NCBI GenBank assembly: GCA_973895155.1
Contig: OZ316892.1
Location: 30,931,802-30,995,801, forward strand
Length of the DNA stretch: 64,000 nt
Direction: 5' to 3'
DNA from: Marsupella aquatica
Taxonomy: Eukaryota > Plantae > Marchantiophyta
The translations under genes and the position numbers were made by a program. The notes beneath the pieces were generated by a model. It was not told where the DNA came from and searched no databases. It was given only the letters and a program-made list of their open reading frames with translations. Position 1 is the stretch's first letter. Every line of letters starts with the position of its first letter. This document shows positions 49,177 to 61,465 of the stretch, in pieces.

Positions 49177-52100
49177 TGTCAGCTAGTGTAGAGAAACATG
49201 ACATTCTTTCGTTTAGAAGAGGAAATAGTTAGGGAAAAAGTTTTAGTGCTATCAGAGTAGCTAGGTTTAGGGCACTTAAGTAAGAAGGGAAGCTTAGTAG
49301 AGGTAAGAGGGAATTTAGTTATGCAAAGTTATCTAGGGGTAAGCAAGTTACTATAGGAGGGGCAGGAAACTAGTCCGTCCTTAGTTATAATAGGCGACTA
49401 AGTCGGGACCGAAAAATGACCCGACACCGGACATCTTATTTTTGGCTGATATTTCCCCCATGGGTGCTGGGAGGTCCCTAGGGAACCCTGAAAAAGTATG
49501 AAGTCAAGTGGGGTCTTAACCTAGGAGTTATAAGTATTTTGGCAAAAATCAAAGTTACCAAATAGCGGGTCCCGGGAAAAATAGCTGATGGGTAAATGTA
49601 GGGGTTCCAAGTTTGGAAGTGGGTTAAGTATGGTCCCCTCTATCCCTAGAAACTTGTGGGACAACTTTGTCACACTTGGTTACTTTTTGGGAGCATCTCA
49701 AAGTTGAGAAGAATTTTGGAAGACATAAAGACTTGACCCTCTTTGCCTAATTTTAGAAAAGTTGTTATAGGGTTTTGTTTATATCTTAGTAAACCCGGAC
49801 ATAGTCCTATGTCCATAGAATCAGTGGAGCTACTCAGAAGTCCTTTTGGACTTATGTGTGAGTTTTGGAGGGGGGTCCAAAATCGCCCCAAAATGCTGTT
49901 TTTCCAAAAAAAAAATGTATTTTTTTCTAAGTGTAAACCGCGTGGGCGACGATCACGCGGCGAGCACGAGGCAAGGAGGAGCGAGCACGAGGCAAGGAGG
50001 AGCAAGCACGAGGCTGGTGAGGACGTCAAGCACCGGGAGGCTGTCCAAAGGTGCTGCATGATTACTTGAGGAATCAATTGAGCACAAGGGCGGCTGAATT
50101 GAAGGAAGGGCGGCTGAATTGAAATGGCTGCTGCTGATTGAAGAAGCAAGGGCTGTTGCTGATTGAAGAAGCTATGGCTGCTGAGAAGGAAAAGAGCTAT
50201 GGCTGCAAATTAGGATCGCTGCTGGCTTTGAATTGGGAAGGCTGCTTGCTGCTATGACAGCTGCACACTAGATTAGAGGTGCTCCTACTAATCAGGCACG
50301 AGATGCTCATGAGAATTGGCTGGCTGCTGCCTTGATGCTGCTGAATTGAATGATGCTGCTGCTAGCTGCGAAATTGCAAAGGTGGGCAGCTACGAAATTG
50401 AGAAGAGAGACCTGCTTGACTGAGAAGGAATCAAGCTATGGTTGCTGCTGCTGTGCTTCAAATCTGCTGTTGTTGTGCTGTAAATGCGCTGATGTGACTG
50501 TGCTGCTAGCTGCGAAATTGACTGTGTTGCTAGCGGCAAAATTGAAGAGGTGGGCTAGCTGCGAAATTGACTAGGCTGGCTGTGAGCTATGGTGGCTGTG
50601 AAATTGAGGGGCTGGCGGCTGATCAGCTGGACTGCTGCACAAGAAAGAATCCAATAGAGAATGCTGTGGTTTTAGATTGAATTCACGAGAGAGAAATGGC
50701 TGCAAACATTGCTGTCCTTACAAATTCTTCATAAGAAACATGAGTATAATGAGAGTGCTCTCCCCTCATGACACGTGGAATCCCCATAAGGGGCATGTAA
50801 GGTAAGTGTAATCGGGCCGCCGCTTACACCCGCTTTACACCAAAAACAGGCCTTGGGAGAATGGGCATAACTTTGGCTAGAGGTATCCGTTGGGGCCCAA
50901 ATTTTTTTGTGCTGAGTTAGGGGAAGATAAGGCACCCCCTGGTGAAGGTGGAACCCCAGAAAAGTAATCACTCAAATATATTTTTAACCGAGGCCACGAG
51001 GGAGTCCCGACAACTTGCAAACCAAAGTCGGCATAGGGGAATGAATACCAGATTTAGGGGCTGACCTTTCTTGCACCCATACCACTTGAGTTAGGCTCTA
51101 GAGAAGGGTACTTACCTTTGGCCAAAGGTGTAAGGCCATCAAGTTAAGAAAAGTAAATATAGGGGGTAGTTTACTTAGGGTAGTAAAGGGGTTACAAGTA
51201 AAATAAGGCCAACTTTGACTAGGCACAACTTGAGACTCACTCACTCTTTTTGCGAGCTTTCAAGTGGGTTGGTAAGCTGGTGAGGAGGACCATAAGTGGG
51301 AGTAGGTTTGGAAGTCAAAGCATACCACTCATGTGTGGCATATTCCAGGGCTTGGAAGGAGGCAAAATAGCAAGTAGTAGGGTGGGCTATGAACTATAGA
51401 GTTGGACTTTGTGTGTTAGGAGGACTTGGGGGAGGTATAGTTGGACCCCAGGTCAAGCTTGGTGTGATGTGGAAGGAGATAGTATATAAGGAGGAAGTTT
51501 TCATTTGTTAGGGACCGGGAGTCTCATCTCTTAAGTGAAATCTCTACCTTGCCAAGGTAGGGCTAAGCTTGAGAAAGGAGAGGTGGTCCATGCTTAGTGT
51601 GGAGAATGTGTAGTGAACTTTTGTTGTAAAGGTGATGCAATAAAAGGAGACTTACCAATCTTCATTGTGACCATTAAGTGTGAGTGCATTTGAAGTATAT
51701 GAGAGCAAGAGAAGAGTCCATGCTATGGTATAATCTTGGTCTAAGCTTGAAGGGGATGTGCTAGTACAAAACCAAGGCCAAGGAGGCAAGGTTAAGGTAT
51801 AGCATTACTTTGAGACTTAGAGAGGATTATAGCTTGAGGGTGGAAAGTACTTTGCTTGGTGTGTGGTGTTAACAAGAAGTAAGAACAAGAGGAAGAGTCC
51901 TTAGATAGAGGAGCCTTCTCTAGGGCTCAAAGGGGATGTGTGGACCCAAACCAAGGCCAGGGGGGCAAGGTTGAGGGGTAACACTACTTTGAGGGTCTTG
52001 AGGAGACTTAAGCTTGAAGAGGAAAGTACTTTGGGTTCTTGGGTGTTTGTGTGAGAATCTACTCTAAGGTGACAGCTTGGAGCGGAGATCCCCCTTGCTG

Positions 52101-52325
52101 ATCCTTGGAGTAGAGGAGAGGGGAAGGGGTGAGTACAAAAGTAGTCAAGGGGACTACCTCTCTAGAAGTGGAGAGTTGAAACTACTTATGTATGGAGTGA
52201 TTGGACATTGTAAGCACACTTCAGAAGTTTTGTCAATCCTTTGTGACCCTGGTATGACATGGAGCAGGTATTAGGTAGTCTTTTGGGGAGAAAAGCCGCT
52301 TAAGCTCCTTGGCAAGTGTTTGACA
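49177..52325 (+). mobile_element. Orphan LTR-like block H (~3.15 kb)
   Basis: TGTCA...TGACA termini, TATATAAG at ~51483, AATAAAA at ~51638, internal 21-bp and ~180-bp tandem repeats. Cuts the RING gene at 52325. No matching TSD. Confidence 0.5.
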
Positions 52326-54365
52326 GCAGGATGATATGTGTGCCCACAGGATGCTGGGATCCAATTGTAGCAATGGTATCCATTGCAACAAATTGGACAA
52401 CTTGATACAGAAACTCTACTAAAAACTGTTTCAGTGGACGTAAGGGTATAACGTGGCATCACTGCAGGACATGGGTTGCATAAAACGTCTGCCACAATCG
52501 CAAGCTCTACTTCTTGATGCTTCAAATTATATTCAATCTTTTGGTGTTCTGCTGCTAACTTGTTAGATAAGTCAAAACAACTGGGACATCATTTTAGGCA
52601 CACTCTCGTCATACTCTCGTTTTCTCTATAATCTTTCCTTCACACTATGCAAATCCCGTCGGGTGGCTTCCAACAGGCTAGAAAGCTGGATGATTGTACT
52701 CTCGTGAGTTCTCAGTGTTGTCCCCATCAAGGCCAACAAGTCGTTGTTAATCTGCAATATCAACATTTCAATCAATCACATGTCTTGCCACAAGGTCCAT
52801 CGCCTAAGAGATAAGTAATCTCATCAGTTATCAGTCATTTTCATCAGTCGACCTGATATCAGCTGCCACCTCATCTCAGAGAGGCCGCCAAGTTGCGATT
52901 AGAGAAAAAAAACGGAAAAAAAAAATTGAAGGAGAAAGTTTTTTTTTCAATTTTTTTTTTTTTTTTCAATTTTAAGTTTTTTTTTTTCCGATTTTTTTCG
53001 GTCCGTACACCCATCTCGGCGAGGTCAGCCGAGATTGAACAATCTTAGCTGCCTAGCTGAGATGCGCGGACGTACAAAGGTCCCAATCTTAGCTCCTTAG
53101 CTGAGATTCAAATTTTTTTGAGGTAACTGATATTAGCCGCTGATATCAGTTATCAGTGGCTGATAACTGATGATATTGTGTACCCCATCGCCTAAAGCCC
53201 ACATTGAAGTCCACAACCGCAAACAAACGGGTCCTGAACAGAGAAAGTACATGATCCTAGCAAGATGAAGGAGGAAACCTCAAAGTACCTCTTGAATCGC
53301 CTCTCCATCACCCGGCTTGTTGGATTCCAACTCAATGTTGGTCGTTACTTCTTCCACTGCAGTTTCTTCTGCATCAATTTCAGCGGAGGTTTTTTCTTCT
53401 TGAAGTCGTAGGTTCTCAATCTCTTGTTGTAATGAGCTCTCCACATCATCACGTCCCGACTAAATTACCTTCAGCTTGTCCATGGTAGAATGGACCTTGT
53501 CAAACCTCTTGTTCACAGACACGAGCTGACCCCTCATCTTAGATATCTCTGCTTCTATTGCAGATACCAGAACGTTCTTCACTTTCAAGGGAATCTGTCT
53601 CTTCTCCGATGGACGAACACATAGAATAGGTGTGGGAGGAGGTACTGTGCTAACCTTAGTCAAGCTGCAACTGCCACGCTCCTTGGGCACGGCACTTTTA
53701 GGGCTCTCAAAAAGTGCTAATTGTCCGTTGTAGACGACGGGTTTAGTCTCTGACAAAGACTTTGGAGTTGACGACATAGACATTGGAGCTGAATACAGTT
53801 GAGGCTTTCTAACACAAGGAGGGCCATCAGGCCTACCTTTCCCATCTCGTGACCACTGAGTTACTTGACCCTTCAGCTTTGTCGATGCATAAGCTGCCCA
53901 GTTTACCTTTCTATGAAGCACCCGCTCGGCATAGGCACCTTTGACAAATGTATGAGATAGAATTCCATTAACAGGCTTGTCATACCCGTCCACCACTTGA
54001 GATAGTGCTAAAATCTCATCAAGAGGAATACCCGTGCAAGTACTTAGCTTATAGCCGTTCCTTGTTACCTCACCAAAGCATGCACTTAGTTGTTCCTCGG
54101 TGAGATCCAAAATCTTGTGGGGAAATTTGCCCTCATTGGGGAGACCACAGTTTGTCGCAAACCAGGCCGCATCCTTGTAGAACTCGGTCGGAGACCAAGT
54201 TACATCAGAGCTCTGGCCTTTCGCTTTCTTAGCTGCTCTTGGCAGTTGAGCTTTGGTGTTATCCTTCGTGATGCCTGTCTCAGCTTTTGCCAGGACATTG
54301 GATACTGGCTGTATCGACTTGACATCCACCCCTCCATCAACTGTCAATGGAGAAGTGGTATCCAT
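52326..54365 (-). pseudogene. Spliced gene: LTR-ORF-like domain, coiled coil and RING-H2-like finger (truncated)
   Basis: Exon 54365-53289 (one TAG), phase-0 GT..AG intron 53288-52752, exon 52751-52326 with CPICCNGYHCYNWIPASCGHTYHP. N-terminal GLPNEG..RNGYKLSTC..VNWA. Confidence 0.65.
52808..53186. mobile_element. Mutator-like MITE (379 bp)
   Basis: 9-bp TSD ATCGCCTAA (52799-52807 and 53187-53195); imperfect ~30-bp TIRs starting with G (..tcatcagttatcag..). Confidence 0.75.
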
Positions 54366-55171
54366 CAAACTCGTCCTAAATAAACAAAAAAACTGTGACT
54401 AAACACTCAATAAGACCTCTGCCGACAACATGTAAAGGTACGCCTCACAGGATGGACTAAATTACACGGAGCAATAGCCTAAATACCTTCTAGCCACGAT
54501 AACAAAATCAAGTCCCGGGCTCTGATGTCTGCTTTCAACTCACCAATGTTTCCTCTGAGCAGCAACCAGCTACCGACCAGCAGTAATCCTCCACCGCATT
54601 GAACTAGCTCGCAAATCCCCCAACGCGTAGCAATCCCCGATGCAATTCGCAAATCGAGTACGTTAGTACCCCCATTACCACATGATGCACTTTGCGGATA
54701 GAGCTCGCTCCCGGCGTGTGAAACTTGAGCACTTGAGAAGGTTGAGCAAAGGATCGAGCTTCGCCCAGGTCTTGAAGCACTAAGAGAAGTGGGCGGATAG
54801 GGCTCCGCCCGAGTGAAACCAGCACTGCTACAAGTGAGAAATGGGAGAAATGCGCGGCCCAAGCTTTCTCTGAGCGGGAAGTCTTCAAGTCAAATGGCAA
54901 CAACTAAACTTGCATGGCTGCACTTCTTGCGTGGCCGCACTTCTTCTCGAGGGATTCAAATAATTGGCAGAGTCTAACTCCGCGCATTTTGGAGTCCTCA
55001 TAAAGTCTTGGCCCACCAATAACGTTAAATACTCTTAAGTACATTTTGTCTCTAAGTGATTCAAAACGTCCTTGGCAGCTCACGATCCTTTTAATCTCGA
55101 CCATTCATGTGCCAAAGATTTCAAGGACTGCCATGCCAAATCCCAGTCCTTTTTGCACCTTTTGGTACCCT

Positions 55172-57745
55172 TCAATCATGCTTTCCACCGGCCCGGTAAT
55201 CTGCGCACAATCTCAAAGTACCATCCTTTTTGGACACAAACAGCGCGGGCGCCCCATAAGGACTCTTACTAGGACGAATGAACCCTTGGTCAATCAACTC
55301 TTCCAAGGCGTTCTTCAACATCATTCGTTCGTTCAGGTTCAGATGGTAAGGAGCTTTAGCCTGAGGAGCCGATCCCGGCTCCAACTCAACCTGGTGATCC
55401 ACTTCTCTCCTCGGGGGTAAACCTTTAGGTAGCTTTTGCGAGAGCACGTCGTTGAATTCCTCTAAAATTTCAGGGATTCTACCGTAGTCGGGCCCGACCT
55501 TAGCTGACTTAGCCTTGGGCTGCGAAGCAGCTCCCTTGACTGGGTGGAGATGAAAGAAGAAACATTCATGCCCACCCTTAAAGTCTTTCCACCATTGCTT
55601 CGCCGATACACACGGAGACAACCACGACACTTTACTTACTTTAAGAAATCTTTATTTATTTTTGGTAATTTCGTGTACAACGATGGGCTCACCGCCCTTA
55701 TTGGGAAAATGAAGCACTTCATCCCCCGGTTTCAAGGTAACATTGTGCTTTCTGAGATAGCCTACCGACAAAATGAAGTCTACGGCTAGACCGTCTAGAA
55801 CGTAGAACATCTCCTGACTACCAAAATTTTGCTGTTCGCCTATGACCTCCACTCGAAGTCTATGTACCACTCTAGACACTATGCATTTTGTGTCGTTGGC
55901 AAACTTGCACACTAACGGTTGAAGCAACTCTTGCACGTCCACTCCAAGACGTGCCGCCGCCTGCCCACTTATGAAGCAGGCGGTCGCGCCTGTATCAACC
56001 AATGCAACACCCAGATTACCGTTAGAAGTGACATTCACAAAAATCAGCTTTTCAGGACCCTTTGTCTTAACTTTAGGTACTATCTCTGGCAACAACCCTT
56101 TCACACCGGCAGGAACATCCTCTATAGGGACCTCGTCAGTTACTAAGGGTTCGGTTAGAGCGATACTTACCTTGATGCTCTTCTGCCCCCCATCTCCGTT
56201 CGGCTTGCCACCTTTCGTGGTGCCATCCTTACTTTGATGGCCCATGGCGCCACACGTGAAGCACGACCCTTCGGCCCGCCTCTGCTCCGTGAGCGCCTGC
56301 TTCTTTTCTCTCTGTGCCGATGAGGATCCCTTCTTGAAGTTGCTGGCTTTCCGGTTGCGTTTTGCATTTCCATTCTGGGGCTGGGGATCCGAACCACCGG
56401 CCCCCGCCCCCTCTGGTTGCTTGCGCTTATTCCCAGGACCTTTTGCTTTCCCAGCTTCCCCCTCGGATCCCTTGCCACCCACCTTCGCCAAGTCCGGCCG
56501 GTTATTAACCAACGTAGTGGCCTTGTCAAAGGCGTCAGAAAGCGTTTTAAAGTCATGACGCTTTTCCTGACGCTTTTCCTGCAACTTTTCCCTGAGCAAC
56601 GGTGGGAGCTTCACTATAAAGTTGTGAAGCTGCGTATGTAGGGTCTCTTGCCCCGCCGGGATACACGCCAACTGATTCTGGTAATAGGTGATGAACTTTT
56701 GGATATCACCCCTGAAGCTCATCTCCGTTACACATTTCTGAGCGTGCCGCTCTGGGTACTTAGTGGTGACGTGAGCACGGAGACCCTCAACCAGGTTTTC
56801 CCAAGATAAAGGCAAGGAGGAGTCTTCCCTCGACTTCTTCCATGACTTATACCAAGTCAAGGCATAATCGATCCTTCAGGTAAGGAGCAGCTGCGGTAGC
56901 CCAAGTGGATCGCTCAACGCACACTTGGAGATGAATCTCCATCGTGAGAGCCAACTCAGGAAATTTTGTCCACTTTGCTCGTAGGCCCCATCATAAGTTG
57001 GAGGAGTCGGTAACTGGTTCACTTGGAACATACTCCGTCCAACTACCATTCCCCCTTTGGGACGTGTTGCACTCTGACTACCCAGACTAAGTAAATACTT
57101 AATCTGGGCCCCCTTGTTGTGTTCCAGCTGCTCATAAATGAGTCGCTGGTCTTAAGCCAACGGACCCAATCCTTCGTCAGCGGCTGGGCCCTTGCGGGTT
57201 GTGTGAGGACGGTCCTCCCACCGTCTTTCCTTTGTGGGTTGCCTATCCTTAGGTTCCTTTGTGGATTTTGGTGATACTCCCCGCGCTTTGTGAGCACCAT
57301 GACCTCCCGGGGCTGAGGCATCACCCTTACCACCCTGGTTCTGCTTAGTCAAATTATCCACGATGACGTCCGACTCAACATCATCTTCTGGTTCCGCGTT
57401 CAACCCTCTCAAAGCTGGGACCAGTTCCTCTTCCGGGTCCTGACCCTCTTCCTTTGATTTTGCATCCGCATCGTCGTCACTTGCACTTGAGTCGGTGTCG
57501 TCGTCGCTCGACCCGTCCTCTGAAGGCTCGGACACCTCCTTCCCTTTAAGTCGATGGTGCTCCTCGCTTGACGTGTTTGCCGCGGTAGCCGACGGTTCGG
57601 CTGCCACGTCCTCATCATCCTGCTTATAATGCTCATCTAGGGAAGTTGACCCGTCCTCCTTTGTTTCCTCTGGAACTTGGGTTCTCCCCTTGGTGGGGGG
57701 AGCCTGTTTGCCACTCTTTGAACGAGTGTTTTTTGCCATGTCCAT
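55172..57745 (-). pseudogene. Gag-PR-RT fragment of G
   Basis: CFTCGAMGH, LVDTGATACFIS, LPPRREVDHQVEL, IRPSKSPYGAPALFVSKKDGTLRLCADYRA, then deleted; several stops and frameshifts. Confidence 0.85.
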
Positions 57746-57886
57746 AGTGACCGAATCTGCCCGCAGTCGACTCGCTGGGCACGTTGAAGCACTAAGTCCC
57801 CGCAAAAATCAGTTAAGATTTTTGGATTCCAACTGAACACAACCCCGGCCCGGTGTCTATGCCAGCAATCGCTCTGATACCACAAG

Positions 57887-59422
57887 TGGTGGACCTTGCC
57901 ACCCGACGCCCTCACCAATCCCGACACTCACACCTAAGTGCCCCTGGTGCCCGAACGCCTCCACGGAATACCTCAAGCAAGCACCTTAGTGCCCTTTTTG
58001 CACCACCCGCGACCACTCCCATACGAAGCCGGACTTGCTCTCTAATACGACCGCTACTCAACAGTCCTCACAGTCTGCACCACCAACCAAGCACTTTGGT
58101 AAGTAACCCTTCAGGATCTAGAACTCACCAAGTCTAGCATCCTAACTCAAGCTCAACAGACGTTTGGTAAGTAGGTCAGCGATAGGTCCTCCCGATGCCA
58201 TGAGTCGGAACCAGAACCCACGCCCACTGTTCGTCCAGAACAGCTCCTTCCTTGGGCGCGGCCCGGGTTACTCCTCGTACCTATCCATCACCAACTGACC
58301 GCCCTGACCTCAGGACATGTTCATGGCCCAAATAAGCGTAGCTTGTCCCAAAGCTTGTCCCAACGCGCTAGGACCAGAATGGCCCCAACTCTAGCATCCA
58401 ACTCCCGATCGCCCCGTTGATGGTCTAGGGTCCAAACACCATTGGGGCTCAACCTCCCACCTACTTGGCCTTGCCTTGCCAACGCAAGCTCCCTAGGGAG
58501 ACTGAACGCGGCTTGGCTGCTGTTCGGTGGGATTTGGCAAGCGGGCGAACTAACACCCGCTTTCCCCGAGAACCCATGGCGTCCACAGACACAGCTGAGC
58601 TCAGGAGGTCGTAGCCCACCTCAAGATCTTTCCAACGCACCCAAGAAGTCCTCCAACGGACTTCCCGTTGGGAAGATATCATCGTTTCCGTTTGGCGTCT
58701 CCCCTTAGTGTCGCGACCGTCGTGGCTCACGACTTGGGCTCGCCCTTGGCCCCCAGGGAGACACCACTCCCCTCATATATGCTTCTGGGGACCTGCCACC
58801 CCCAGACCAGCTTTGGTCCTCATTATTTGGCCTACAACCCGATTCCTATTTCGCATAGCGGGCGCGCCACCAACTGGCAACGCCCATAACTTTCTTGTTA
58901 GGCATCCGCAAATGGAGTGCCTTAGCCCATTGTGACCGGGCCGACCCGGTGCTCATGCCTAGGCCCTCAGGTCTGATTGCCGCTCGGGGCCCCCGATCGG
59001 CCCAACCCGGATTGGGCCATAACTTGCGCCCCAAGTGTCCGTTACCACTGGAGTCAACTCCATTGGCCTTGGGCCCGAGAGGAGCTCATACTCAAGCCCT
59101 CAGAACTCAAAGTCCGTCCGGTGGCCCGGACGGTCGACCTTGAGCCCAGCCCTTATCCCGCTTGACCTGGCTAGCACTCGGCTCGCCAAGGTCCTTAGTG
59201 TGTGTCACCAGCTTGACGCCATGCCTTCGCCAGTGCCACTTCCCAATGCTCACTAGTCTCCCCATGCTAAGTCCTCCCCGGATGGCCTATTCGGGCCTGG
59301 ACCATAAGGGAGCTCGGCGTCGGAGTCAGCGACGCCGGAGCTAAGTGTTGAGGTAGTCGAGTTCCGCGACTTCCAAGCGGTATGGCCCTGCGGCATTGTG
59401 GGCCAAGTTGGATTCCACCCCA
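57887..59422 (-). repeat. 5' LTR of G (~1.54 kb)
   Basis: Adjacent to the PBS; TGGGGTGGA...TCCACCA inverted termini on the minus strand. The outer boundary is inferred. Confidence 0.6.
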
Positions 59423-59674
59423 GAAGAGTTCCCTGTAAGTAGGAATCCAAAAACATTCCTTGGCAATGCTAGTTGTATAAGCTCTATTGTGTGGGCATGT
59501 ATTGATACAAGCAATATGTCATGTGCAGGTGGATTGGACTCCTCCTGAGGGGTTAGTGGCACGGGCCATCATAGAGGATGAGCAGACGGACATTGTACCC
59601 AATGAGGAGGGTACCCAGGAGGAGACACCTCTAACTTGTGGGCAACAGGGCAGTGCAGGCACACAGGCTCGTGA

Positions 59675-59831
59675 CAGAGAGAGAGGTGAGGGAGGGAGAG
59701 ATAGAGGGAGGGAGAGAGAGAGGTGAGGGAGGGAGAGAGGTGAGGGAGGGAGGGAGAGATAGAGGGAGGGAGAGAGGGAGAGATAGAGGGAGGGAGAGAG
59801 AGAGAGATGAGGGAAGGAGAGAGAGAGGGAG
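59675..59831 (+). repeat. GA/GGGA-rich microsatellite
   Basis: Purine-rich gagagagggaggga run. Confidence 0.9.
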
Positions 59832-60044
59832 GACGAGGAGCCATGTCCACAGGGACTCCACCAGGAGATCCCGTGACACTAGAGGCAAGGGTGCGGAGCA
59901 GACAGATCCTTTGTCCTCCAGTAGTAGTAGCTCAAATGAGGATGAGCAGAGGTTTGAGTTGCGCAGTCGAGGCGGACAGTCAGGAGGTGCGCAAGAGAGG
60001 TCCCTTCGTAGGTCTGGACGGAATAGGAGCCACTCTCAACGACA

Positions 60045-60067
60045 TTAGGGTTTAGGGTTTAGGGTTT
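60045..60067 (+). repeat. Short interstitial (TTTAGGG)3 telomere-like repeat
   Basis: ttagggtttagggtttagggttt. Confidence 0.8.
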
Positions 60068-61001
60068 CTTTGCAGGACTTCCTCCTGAATTTTGTAAATC
60101 TCCCAATTCAATTTTGATCTCACCCATATGTAGTGGTGCCACATTCCAGGATTGAATTGTGTACAATGGGCATGTATTGATCTTGAACACTTGATTGTGT
60201 ATTTTGTATGTATTCCCTACCCCCTAAAATGCACAACCCTCCCACATAACCATGGAGCCCTAAACAATATCATAGGTCAGTATAACCCCACAAAAGCCAG
60301 ATAATGTTAGTATATATACCTCGTCTATGGGAAGAAGCAGACGTCTTATTTGGCAATGTTTAATTAATTACGTCTTTCCAAAAGACCAACATTACGTCCT
60401 GACTAAAGACACACGCTAGCCTAAACGTCCTTTTTAAGGCCTCGTGTAAACACGTTATACAGGACGTTATTAAGTATAACGTCATATTTACGGACGTAAA
60501 TTACTGGAATTGTCCGACTAAACTCTTCCCATTGGAACGTTGTTATTTACTACGTCCATCAGATTACGTCGCATAAAATGAGGTAACTAACGTCATGGTA
60601 GACGACATTAATGAGATCGTCTGGGTCTGGGCTCTTAACGTGCCCAGTTTCACGTCGCCAAAATCGACTTTGCTTCGGGGCAAGTTTACGTCGAGTAAAG
60701 CGTCAACTCAGATTACGTTAAACCCTCAAGAAATGTAGTTGTGATGTCACCAGCTAATACAGAAGCAATCACCAGCTCATTATGTCCTAACGGTAAGTGA
60801 CTTTTATGTCCTGAGCCGTAACTCATGTACAACTGTGCTTTGACACGCCCTCCTAGATGCATCAAGAAGATCACTGACCTGTGCTCACCATAGCTTGGTT
60901 GGATTGATGAGGAGATTATTCATAGCAAGGTGAGAAACAATAGACCCAATGGGTAGGCTTAATTTATTAGGTTCTATTGTAAGGTCAAGTTGTGCCCTGG
61001 T

Positions 61002-61285
61002 CAGCCTACTTTTTAAGGTTTTTTGTTTTTAGCCAATGTGGCAAATGTCAACCTCTCTAAGGGAAGAAATGCTAAGAATATTCTTTATCAAAATTCCAGG
61101 ATTATTTCCTGACTGTCAAATTTCCCTCTATTTATGAACAACAGTTAGATTCTAGCAAATGGGGTCCATGATTTGGTGGGAAAGTGGCGAAGGAAAGACA
61201 CAAAATCTAACAAGTTTTTGCCAATAGTGGCAAACAGTTTTGGGGAGGTGGCTTTGGCAAAAATTCACACCTAAAAAATATGTTG
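61002..61285. mobile_element. Possible hAT-like MITE
   Basis: 8-bp flanks GCCCTGGT and GCCCTGGC, imperfect CA(G/A)C.TA.TTTTT TIRs, internal gccaa/tggc repeats. Confidence 0.45.
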
Positions 61286-61393
61286 GCCCTGGCCTTAGTG
61301 CAAACAGCCTACAGGAGTGTGATAGATGGCAGTGGGAATGGAAAGGCAGAAACGAGGTTGGTGCTTCCCCAATATGACCTGTGTGAACTGCTC

Positions 61394-61465
61394 GCTTCCC
61401 ATCTTGGTCGTCAACAAGCTTCCCATCTTGGTCGTCAATAAGCTTCCCATCTTGGTCGTCAACAA
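61394..61465 (+). repeat. 24-bp tandem repeat x3
   Basis: gcttcccatcttggtcgtcaaYaa repeated three times. Confidence 0.92.

Larger units (their letters stand above)
55115..59422 (-). mobile_element. Chromovirus-type Ty3/gypsy element G, internally deleted 5' half
   Basis: LTR 57887-59422, PBS TGGTATCAGAGC at 57871-57882, gag-PR and the start of RT; no 3' LTR seen. Confidence 0.78.
59423..60743 (+). mobile_element. 3' end of a CACTA/En-Spm-like DNA transposon
   Basis: Dense ACGT/GACGT subterminal repeats at 60340-60720, terminus tgtagttgtg (reverse complement CACAACTACA, a CACTA-like TIR), and a spliced acidic/Arg-rich last exon (GT 59435, AG 59528). Confidence 0.6.

Noticed and set aside
49670-50710. 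ORFs in block H
   Set aside because: They arise from 21-bp and GCT-rich tandem repeats.
61394-61465. CRISPR-like array
   Set aside because: Head-to-tail repeats without spacers in eukaryotic DNA.
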